The notes beneath the pieces were generated by a model that worked only from the letters and a program-made list of their open reading frames with translations, did not search any database and was not told where the DNA came from. Source: Candidatus Jordarchaeales archaeon (lineage in GTDB: Archaea > Asgardarchaeota > Jordiarchaeia > Jordiarchaeales > Freyrarchaeaceae). Taken from it: a stretch of 16,735 nt of DNA. The position numbers and the translations under genes are program-made. The stretch spans positions 1 to 16,735 of the forward strand of contig JAWCFL010000037.1 in NCBI GenBank assembly GCA_038858525.1, written 5' to 3'. Positions 7,476 to 14,157 of the stretch are shown here, piece by piece. Positions within the stretch are counted from its first letter, which is position 1; each line of letters opens with the position of its first letter.

Positions 7476-7960
7476 TAGAAGCTGGGACACCGAGAAACGT
7501 GATCAGGCACTGCATTGCGGTCTCACGCTACGCTCTTCGTCTCGCAGAGAAAGTGGCCAGAAAAGGGAATAATATAAATCTTAAATTGGTTGAAGCTGGA
7601 AGCCTTCTCCATGATATAGGACGCTCAAAGACTCATGGCGTGGATCATGGAGTTGTCGGGGCAGAGATAATTCGTAGTCTTGGATTGCCTGAAGAGTTGG
7701 CTTTAATAGTTGAAAGGCATGTGGGTGCTGGTATACCCAGAAGTGAGGCTGAGGTTCTCGGACTACCTCCGAAAGATTACATACCATTAACACCTGAAGA
7801 AAAAATAGTCGCTCATGTTGATAATCTCACATTCGGCGTGAGATACGTTACAATGGAGAGAGTCATAGAAAGGTTCAAGAGTGAACTTGGAGAGGAAAGC
7901 CCAGCTGTGGAGCGTCTCATTAAGCTTCAAAAAGACGTCGAGGAGCTTATCGACCCATGA
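7433..7960 (+). CDS. HD-domain metal-dependent phosphohydrolase (archaeal TIGR00295-like)
   Basis: H(C)...LLHDIGRS...HGVVGAEI...ERHVGAGI...EEKIVAHVDNL. Overlaps tfe by 43 bp. Confidence 0.88.
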   Translation: MRGIPTRKECIEILIEAGTPRNVIRHCIAVSRYALRLAEKVARKGNNINLKLVEAGSLLHDIGRSKTHGVDHGVVGAEIIRSLGLPEELALIVERHVGAGIPRSEAEVLGLPPKDYIPLTPEEKIVAHVDNLTFGVRYVTMERVIERFKSELGEESPAVERLIKLQKDVEELIDP

Positions 7961-8751
7961 CGTGCACGGTCACCCTTCTCGAAAAAGTCTACGGAATAGA
8001 CCTTGCTCAAGGAATTAGAGCGGCATTCACGCTTCTGAGGAGCGAGGTTTCAGGACTTAGCGTGAAAGTAAAGGACGTATCCTTAGATGATAACGGCAGG
8101 ATCGTTGTTGTGCTCGAGGGAGAAGACGAAGAGGCTGCTAGGAACTTTCTGGCGGAAAGGCACGGATGCACACGTAGCTTTGACGAGCTTGAAGAAGGGA
8201 AAACATACGTGGGACGCGCTGTAAACCCGCTAAACTACGGTTACGGCTTCTACGTCGACGTCGGCGTCACATATCCAAAACCAAAAGACGCCCTGATACC
8301 CCTCTACAAATTGAGAGAGCAGCTTCTTGATGGACGAAAAATCCCCCTCAGAGCAATTGTTGATGCATACTGCTTCATCGACAACCTACCTATAAGAGTT
8401 AGAGTCGTGAAGGTTGAGCCGGCATCAGGAAAAATAGAAGCCGAGTTAAGCAATGAGGAACTTGTAAGGCTAGACGAGTGGCTTAAAAGCCGGCTTGACC
8501 GTGTAGTGGTGTGCGGCGCAACACGCCAACAAGTTAGACGCGCAATCACCAAGTCAGGGCACTTAAAGGACATCGTCTCACTGGAGCGTCTCGGATTAAT
8601 GGAGCACGCCATCGTCTGCAAATACGGAACAGACGCGCCAGGCATAATAGCCGAGATCGGAGAACAACTAAAATACGCCGCGCTCAAAGCGTTCATACCA
8701 AAAAAAGTAAGAAGCCTGTTATCCCTCCCAGCGCCGTCAATAAGTAGTTAA
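7957..8751 (+). CDS. DUF2110-family conserved archaeal protein (S1/OB-like central region)
   Basis: ATGA overlap with the HD gene. Motifs LEGEDEE.ARNFL, YGYGFYVDVG, ERLGL.EH..VCK.GTDAPGII..IG. The position after tfe-HD matches known archaeal synteny. Confidence 0.75.
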   Translation: MTCTVTLLEKVYGIDLAQGIRAAFTLLRSEVSGLSVKVKDVSLDDNGRIVVVLEGEDEEAARNFLAERHGCTRSFDELEEGKTYVGRAVNPLNYGYGFYVDVGVTYPKPKDALIPLYKLREQLLDGRKIPLRAIVDAYCFIDNLPIRVRVVKVEPASGKIEAELSNEELVRLDEWLKSRLDRVVVCGATRQQVRRAITKSGHLKDIVSLERLGLMEHAIVCKYGTDAPGIIAEIGEQLKYAALKAFIPKKVRSLLSLPAPSISS

Positions 8752-8907
8752 CAGCTATGACCCCTCATAATCACTCGTCTTTTTTCTAAGTTAGAGGCCC
8801 GTCGAGGCGTGGCTCATAATGCTTCTAGTCTTTATTGATTCGCAACTCTGGGTTACCGTCATCGCCTCGCGTTTCTTAACTCATTGATTTGAGGTAGCTG
8901 CGCCGCC

Positions 8908-9450
8908 TCACCTTCCGATAGAGACCACTTTTTTTCCTGAGGGAGAAGGGATCACTCTGAGTTTTGCATTGTCAAATTTCAAGTAGAATTCTTTTCCCTC
9001 AAAGTAGTGGTCTAAAAAAACAGCTAAAGCTGCTATTTCAGAGTGAGGCTGATTAGTGACCGAAACGTTGTATGTTGCCATGGAATAAACTTCGCGTGGA
9101 ACCTTGGCGCCACCCACAACCACCATGACGTCCCTATTACGTGACCTGATCTCTCCTATAATTTCCGGGAGTGGGACGCCATACATTGTGAGGTGCACCA
9201 CGATTCCCCCCCTCGAAATCCACTCTTTAATTATGTTGCGCCACGCTCCCCCAAAACTAACTTTAAAATTGCCTCCAAACCTATTAACCACGTCCTCAAC
9301 CTTCTTCTGGACATCCAAGTCCTCCTGCTCTGGAAAAATTATCTCTGACGCCCCAAAGGCCCGGGCCACTAGAGCTAAGTGGGTCGAGACGCGTTCATCC
9401 CTTACTAATCTATGACCCAGCCTCAGAACAACTACTCTTACATTGTCCAA
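8908..9450 (-). CDS. trm56: tRNA (cytidine(56)-2'-O)-methyltransferase (SPOUT)
   Basis: VLRLGHR..RDERVSTHLALVARAFGA, VHLTMYG, VVGGAKVPREVY..A.YNVSVTNQPHSEIAALAVFLD. TTG start with SD GGAGG. Confidence 0.95.
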   Translation of the reverse strand: MDNVRVVVLRLGHRLVRDERVSTHLALVARAFGASEIIFPEQEDLDVQKKVEDVVNRFGGNFKVSFGGAWRNIIKEWISRGGIVVHLTMYGVPLPEIIGEIRSRNRDVMVVVGGAKVPREVYSMATYNVSVTNQPHSEIAALAVFLDHYFEGKEFYLKFDNAKLRVIPSPSGKKVVSIGR

Positions 9451-9510
9451 GCCTTAAAGCCTCCAAATAGCTGGAACACTCCGGAGATTTTTCAGTAATA
9501 TGTTCTAACG

Positions 9511-9999
9511 TTAATCCTTTAGCTGAACAACATCTCCCAAAGTTAGTTTTCTCTTCCCTGTAGCGGTTGAGGGGCTAACTGCCATTTCTGAACTGTAAAG
9601 CTTAATCTTCAGCACTTTTTCAAGCTTAACCGCCAGTTGCCTTGGAGGCTCCATCTTCCCTGCCTCTACTCTCTTTATAACAGAGAGCTTCTCTTTGACA
9701 AGTTTTGCAAGCTCCTCCTGTGAAAGCCCCATTTTCTCCCTAGCATCCCTGATTAAGTTCCCATACCCCTCAACCAACTCCTCCTCCACCTCGATACTGG
9801 CGGGTTTGGTTGCCTTTTTACGAACAATCTCCTTCCTTTCTTGGGAGACTATTTGAGGCGTTTTTCTGGAAGAACGTGACCAAGTAGCTGGGGTCACTCC
9901 GAACCTAGCGCACTCCTCGCAAACGTTCATTATCGCCCCTTCAATCACTACCTTTACGGGAGAACCACGTATCCTACGGCCACAAACCTCGCAGCTCAA
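9511..9999 (-). CDS. mbf1: Archaeal multiprotein bridging factor 1 (Zn ribbon + Cro-like HTH)
   Basis: CEVCG...IEGA.MNVCEECARFG; ELVEGYG.LIR.ARE.MGLSQEELA; LTLGDVV. Start re-called to TTG at 9999; the track start is 10095. Confidence 0.93.
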   Translation of the reverse strand: MSCEVCGRRIRGSPVKVVIEGAIMNVCEECARFGVTPATWSRSSRKTPQIVSQERKEIVRKKATKPASIEVEEELVEGYGNLIRDAREKMGLSQEELAKLVKEKLSVIKRVEAGKMEPPRQLAVKLEKVLKIKLYSSEMAVSPSTATGKRKLTLGDVVQLKD

Positions 10000-10034
10000 A
10001 ACTAACCCCCAAAGAAGAAATCCCATAGAAGAAA

Positions 10035-10050
10035 ATATTAAATTTCCCCC
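10035..10050 (-). promoter_or_regulatory. BRE/TATA promoter of mbf1-trm56
   Basis: Minus strand GGGGGAAA-TTTAATAT about 36 bp upstream of the TTG at 9999. Confidence 0.5.
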
Positions 10051-10168
10051 CTCACGGGTGCCTTTATCGCCTCTGCCAGCAATTAATATAGCCATTTGAA
10101 TAGAATCGGTAGGAGAAGGCTAATAAGGTCGCTTAATAAATATCTTAACGTCGAGCATCCTGCGAGGT

Positions 10169-10187
10169 AAAACGGAAAGTATAATTA
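10169..10187 (+). promoter_or_regulatory. BRE/TATA promoter of pan-PUA-nac
   Basis: AAAACGGAAAG-TATAATTA. The track ATG at 10190 is too close to it to be transcribed. Confidence 0.55.
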
Positions 10188-10225
10188 CCATGTCCCCAAT
10201 TTTATTCTTGGGGAGGTTGTGTATT

Positions 10226-11401
10226 GTGCCAGGCTCTACCGAGAACGGAGGAAGCTACGAGGAAAAATACGAGGACATAGTGGCGTACGCGCGTGACATT
10301 GAAAAGAAACTTTACAAGCTTGACGCCGAAAGGATGAGGCTCTATCAGGAAGTAATCCAGCTCAGAAGAGAGCTGGAAGCACTTAAGCAACCCCCCCTCA
10401 TCTCAGCTACTGTGCTTGAAACATTGGATGATGGTAGAGTCATTGTTAGAAGCACCACAGGCCCCAACTTCGTGGTTTACGCTTCAAGTGAAATTCCAAG
10501 GGAGAAGCTTGCCCCCGGGGCCCACGTCGCCCTAAGTCAGAAAACATTCGCTATAGTTGAAGTCTTGCCTACACCTGAAGACCCATTTGTGAAGGGCATG
10601 GAGGTTGAAGAAGTCCCTCCCGTAACGTACGCTGATATAGGCGGGTTAAAGGAACAAATTATGGAAGTTAGAGAGACTGTTGAGCTACCCCTTGTGCGTC
10701 CTGACCTCTTCGATGAAGTCGGAATAGAACCCCCGAAAGGCGTACTTCTATGCGGCCCTCCAGGGACAGGAAAGACCCTGCTGGCTAGGGCGGTGGCTCA
10801 CGAAACAAAGGCAACATTCATAAGGATCGTTGGCTCGGAGCTCGTCCAGAAATTCATAGGCGAGGGGGCACGGATAGTTAGGGAGGTTTTCCAGCTTGCC
10901 AAGAAAAAGGCGCCAAGCATAGTTTTCTGTGACGAAATAGACGCTATAGGCAGTAGAAGAATAGATGTCGGGACAAGTGGTGACAGGGAAGTTCAACGTA
11001 CCCTAATGCAGCTTCTCTCCATAATGGACGGCTTCGACTCGAGGGGAGACGTAAAAATAATAGGTGCAACAAACAGGCCTGACATACTTGACCCCGCCCT
11101 CCTCAGGCCTGGAAGATTTGACAGGATAATCTACTTCCCGCTTCCAGACTTAGAAGCGAGGGAGGAAATTTTCAAGATACACACTCGACGCATGAAGCTT
11201 GACCCCAGCGTCAACCTCCGAACGCTCGCCGAAATAACCGAGAACGCTACAGGAGCAGATATAAAGGCGATATGCACCGAAGCTGGAATGTTCGCGATCA
11301 GGGACTTCAGGACGAGGGTTACATTCAACGACTTCGAAAAAGCCGTAGAGAAGGTGCTGAAAAGATCCAAGGGAGAGAGTCCACCAAGAATATACAGCTA
11401 G
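10226..11401 (+). CDS. pan: Proteasome-activating nucleotidase (AAA+ ATPase)
   Basis: N-terminal coiled coil and OB domain (LKQPPL...[14 protein letters not shown]), Walker A GPPGTGKT, pore loop KFIGEGAR, Walker B (V)[30 protein letters not shown]-terminal IYS (HbYX). Start re-called to GTG at 10226 with SD GGAGGT. Confidence 0.96.
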   Translation: MPGSTENGGSYEEKYEDIVAYARDIEKKLYKLDAERMRLYQEVIQLRRELEALKQPPLISATVLETLDDGRVIVRSTTGPNFVVYASSEIPREKLAPGAHVALSQKTFAIVEVLPTPEDPFVKGMEVEEVPPVTYADIGGLKEQIMEVRETVELPLVRPDLFDEVGIEPPKGVLLCGPPGTGKTLLARAVAHETKATFIRIVGSELVQKFIGEGARIVREVFQLAKKKAPSIVFCDEIDAIGSRRIDVGTSGDREVQRTLMQLLSIMDGFDSRGDVKIIGATNRPDILDPALLRPGRFDRIIYFPLPDLEAREEIFKIHTRRMKLDPSVNLRTLAEITENATGADIKAICTEAGMFAIRDFRTRVTFNDFEKAVEKVLKRSKGESPPRIYS

Positions 11402-11422
11402 TCCTCATGGGGGAACGGGTTT

Positions 11423-11911
11423 TTGGAAGAAAATAACTACTGGGTTTTACGCAAGCTGAGACTAATAGCGGATTATCAGTTCCTGCCTGGAGCCGGAAAA
11501 GCTCTTTTCCCTGAAAATGTTAACGTTTATTTCTCCTCCAAGACAGGTAGAGTTAAGGAGATCCGGTTGGGAGGAGAGCTTGTAGCAAGTTTCAGGCCTG
11601 ATGATGGAACATTCGCTCTCAGCATAAGGGGAGCCGAGCTTCTCCTGAGAAACTTTCAGAAACCACGTTTAAGAGCGATAATTGAGGAAACCGTCGCCGA
11701 TGTGGTGGCTGAGGGACGAAACGTTTTCGCTAAGCACGTGGTGGAAGCTGACCCGGAGATAAGGTCAGGTGACGAAGTCATAGTCGTAGATGAGAGAGAT
11801 ATACTTGTAGCAGTCGGAAAAGCAGTTCTCAGCGGAGAAGAAATGGTGGCATTCTCGAGGGGAATCGCTGTAAAAACCCGTATTGGAAATCCACTCTTTA
11901 AACGTAATTAA
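11423..11911 (+). CDS. Stand-alone pre-PUA(C2)+PUA protein resembling the C-terminal domains of archaeosine tRNA-guanine transglycosylase
   Basis: LR.IADYQF..GAG.ALF...S.KTGRVKEI; PUA motif GRNVFAKHV..AD.EIR.GDEV.VVDE.D.L.AVGKA.LSG.EM....GIAVK.R. Confidence 0.8.
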   Translation: MEENNYWVLRKLRLIADYQFLPGAGKALFPENVNVYFSSKTGRVKEIRLGGELVASFRPDDGTFALSIRGAELLLRNFQKPRLRAIIEETVADVVAEGRNVFAKHVVEADPEIRSGDEVIVVDERDILVAVGKAVLSGEEMVAFSRGIAVKTRIGNPLFKRN

Positions 11912-11929
11912 GTCTCGGAGGTTTCCGCT

Positions 11930-12268
11930 TTGAGGAAAGTTAGTTCTAAGCAATTAAAGAAAATGATGAAGCAAATGGGAGTTAAAGAAATTCCCGCCCT
12001 TCAGGTCACAATAAAGTGCGCAGACAAAGAGATAATCATAACCAACCCGCAAGTAGTTGAAATGAAAGTAGCCGGACAGAGAGTATACCAAATCTCAGGA
12101 ACCACGGAAGAAAAAACAACAGAAACAGAAAAGAAACAAGTTGAAATCCCCGAAGCAGACGTGATGCTCGTGGCGCAACAGGCAGGCGTAACGCCTGAAG
12201 AAGCCAGAAAAGCCCTAATGGAAACAGAAGGGGACCTAGCAAGAGCAATCCTGCTACTTAAAAAATAG
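11930..12268 (+). CDS. nac: Nascent polypeptide-associated complex protein (archaeal NAC)
   Basis: QLKKMMKQMG...EI.A.QV.I......I.NPQV..M...GQ..YQISG, followed by UBA domain DVMLVAQQAGV..EEARKAL....GDLA.AI. TTG start with SD GGAGGT. Confidence 0.95.
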   Translation: MRKVSSKQLKKMMKQMGVKEIPALQVTIKCADKEIIITNPQVVEMKVAGQRVYQISGTTEEKTTETEKKQVEIPEADVMLVAQQAGVTPEEARKALMETEGDLARAILLLKK

Positions 12269-12466
12269 AAGAGCGTATTGCGGATTTTTGTATGCCTACA
12301 TTGCTCTCTTCTTTAGCGAAGCTTTGTTGAGGATTCCGTAAGGCAAAATTCCCCTTGAATACGTATTTTCCATTTATCTCTCATTCGAAGCACATTCACC
12401 CGAAACTGGGAGCTGAACGTCTAAAAATCAACATAAAAACAGCTACCTCAACCCTTCCAATTTTAG

Positions 12467-13126
12467 TTAAGCCCCTACCTCGCCTACCTCACTTTTTTTC
12501 TCAAGAATTGCTTTAACGCGTTTCAGCCGGAACAGGTCTTCTCTTTCCCGTTCCTCGAGGTGGAGTGAAATGTATCTTATCGTGTTCTCCAGTTTCGGAA
12601 TGATGATGTATTTCAACGCATTAACTCGGCGCTTAGTCTTGTCTATTTCTTCAGCTAACTTTTTCACAGCAGTCTCAACTTCCGCTAGTTGAATTGCAAG
12701 CTTTAAAGCTTCTCTGAACTTCTTAGTTGCCTCGTCAAGTATTGCAGACGTGTCCGCGAAACCGTAAGGCGGCATCTTCACCTTACCCTCTTTAATGTTT
12801 AACAAGGGAACTTTAACTCCCATTATGTTTTGAAGGGAGACTTCGACCTCGTAGAGAGACTCAGCCCCCATAGCCGCCTCCTCAACTTTAAGTGGCCCCA
12901 TAACCATTTTAGCCAAAATAAGTGCCTCAAAAGCCTCTTTGAGGGCGTTGTTCAGCTCCCTCCTAAGTCGCCCAGCATCCTCAAGTATGTCAAAGAAATG
13001 CATGACTAAAGCGTCCCGTTTCTCCTTAAGTAAGTCATGCCCCTTTTCAGCTAGAACAATCCTCCTCTTTAAGGCTAAGAGCTCCATCCGTGTAGGATGA
13101 ACGCCCTCTATTATTCCAGTCGACAA
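12467..13126 (-). CDS. atpD: A/V-type ATP synthase subunit D
   Basis: PTRMELL.LKRR..LA.KGH.LLKEKRDAL; NIMGVKVP; LA.EI.KTKRRVNALKYIIIP.L...I.YI...LEE.EREDLFRLK. Start re-called to TTG at 13126 with SD GGAGG; the track start is 13225. Confidence 0.93.
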   Translation of the reverse strand: MSTGIIEGVHPTRMELLALKRRIVLAEKGHDLLKEKRDALVMHFFDILEDAGRLRRELNNALKEAFEALILAKMVMGPLKVEEAAMGAESLYEVEVSLQNIMGVKVPLLNIKEGKVKMPPYGFADTSAILDEATKKFREALKLAIQLAEVETAVKKLAEEIDKTKRRVNALKYIIIPKLENTIRYISLHLEEREREDLFRLKRVKAILEKKSEVGEVGA

Positions 13127-13183
13127 TTCATCATTCCTCCAAAAGAGAAACCTAAGCGGCAAAAACCCAAAACTCAAAGGAGC

Positions 13184-13198
13184 AATAAAAATTTTTTT
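13184..13198 (-). promoter_or_regulatory. Possible own promoter of atpD
   Basis: Minus strand AAAAAAA-TTTTTATT about 58 bp upstream of the TTG. Confidence 0.35.
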
Positions 13199-13236
13199 GC
13201 ACGTTTTGCAATGCTTAACCGGCAAAAATAGTGTTG

Positions 13237-13404
13237 TGGCGCGGGGGGCGGGATTACCACCTTAGGAGCATAATTTCTCCCATCGGCTTTGAACCCGCGC
13301 TCCCCAACGGGGAACTGGCTCTCTAAGAGTAAGCATTGCTGCTTAACCCTTAGCAGGCCAGCACCTTACGGCGGCTCCACTTAACCGGGCTTGGTTACCC
13401 CCGC
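13237..13404 (-). tRNA. tRNA-Ser(GCT) with three introns and encoded CCA
   Basis: Exons 13404-13382, 13366-13351, 13320-13288 and 13253-13237 join to 89 nt. Acceptor stem GCGGGGG/CCCCCGC, D stem ACC/GGT, anticodon stem CTGGC/GCCAG with loop CT-GCT-AA, long variable arm TCCCC-GTT-GGGGA, T stem GCGGG/CCCGC with loop TTCAAAT, discriminator G73, then CCA. Introns are 15, 30 and 34 nt. Confidence 0.92.
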
Positions 13405-13430
13405 ACCATGATTAAAGAAAATTTCGCGAT

Positions 13431-13443
13431 TATTAAAACTTAT
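13431..13443 (-). promoter_or_regulatory. TATA box of the tRNA-Ser gene
   Basis: Minus strand ATAAG-TTTTAATA, 27-34 bp upstream of tRNA position 1. Confidence 0.55.
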
Positions 13444-13562
13444 GGTTGTCCACATCTTGCTGTTTTAAATATTCATGTCTAAAAATTGCTTCATAATGAT
13501 GATTTTTAACCATAAAGATTATATTTAGTCAATTGCTCGTTAACGCATCCTTTTTGTAGGAG

Positions 13563-13895
13563 TTGTTCTCTTTGTATAGCGTTGAGTGTAATGTTGAGGA
13601 CTCAGTATTTGAGTACAGAGTTTATGATGACTACGGCATCAGCATCATAGCCTACGCGCGCGTTCTGCGCACCGAAGAATGGGCAGAGATCAAGATCATA
13701 AACGTGAACAGAGAATACAGGGGAAGAGGCATCGGAAGCATACTCCTAACCAGAATAGTCAAAGACCACTCAAACTGCACGATAATCGTTGAAACATTCA
13801 AATATTTAATCGACTGGTATAAACGATTCAACTTCAAACTAGTATGCGAAAACCCCGTAATAATGATGAAACACGAATCACAACAAAGCCTCTAA
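13563..13895 (+). CDS. GNAT-family N-acetyltransferase (minimal fold)
   Basis: Acetyl-CoA motif A INVNREYRGRGIGSILL and WYKRFNF (FY..xGF-like). The start may be TTG at 13572, given SD AGGAG at 13558-13562 and TATA-like TTATATTT at 13519-13526. Confidence 0.75.
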   Translation: MFSLYSVECNVEDSVFEYRVYDDYGISIIAYARVLRTEEWAEIKIINVNREYRGRGIGSILLTRIVKDHSNCTIIVETFKYLIDWYKRFNFKLVCENPVIMMKHESQQSL

Positions 13896-14157
13896 CCCAT
13901 ATTTATCCATCAAAAGCTAAGTCCATCAGCAACACTTTAATTTTAAGTTTTTAACGGTTCATCAGCTTACTGCAGGCAGTTAATTAATGATTCATTTTTT
14001 CTCTGAAGAAAATAAAGTGACTCATGCTAAGATACTCGAAGGCGCAAACCATCAGAAGAAGGGAACAAAAACTCGTTAACTTCGCGTTAATTTCACAATT
14101 ATAATCACTCTATCAAATGGCTCTTTCTTCCCGGCTCAAACCTTCACTTCAAACTTT

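Noticed and set aside
8752-8907. 23-codon minus-strand ORF and a CGAGGCG/CGCCTCG inverted pair in the convergent gap
   Set aside because: No convincing SD spacing, motif or extended stem.
6836-12248. Short antisense ORFs inside tfe, HD, DUF2110, trm56, pan, PUA and nac
   Set aside because: Fully explained as reverse-strand shadows of conserved genes.
8889-12451. 12-bp inverted repeat TTGAGGTAGCTG at 8889-8900 and 12440-12451
   Set aside because: Several 12-mer matches are expected by chance in 16.7 kb, there is no transposase or target duplication, and core genes lie between the copies.
12269-12466. Several 12-25 codon ORFs between nac and atpD
   Set aside because: No resemblance to known small proteins; more likely a terminator region.
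13127-13225. Cys-containing N-terminal extension of AtpD in the ORF track
   Set aside because: Artefact of the longest-ORF start; SD GGAGG and family alignment place the start at 13126.
13237-13404. Alternative identity as tRNA-Sec or tRNA-Leu
   Set aside because: The anticodon is GCT with a standard 7/5 acceptor-T geometry and G73, which fits Ser. Sec needs TCA and an extended stem; Leu has A73.
13496-13502. ATGATGA box-C-like heptamer
   Set aside because: No downstream D box; it lies in the divergent promoter region.
13926-13965. Minus-strand CTGATGA ... CTGA resembling C and D boxes
   Set aside because: Only 29 nt between the boxes, very A/U-rich, with no D'/C' pair; too short for a standard archaeal guide RNA.
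13405-14157. Integrated element at the tRNA (attL/attR)
   Set aside because: No duplicated tRNA fragment, integrase or phage-like gene is visible in the window.
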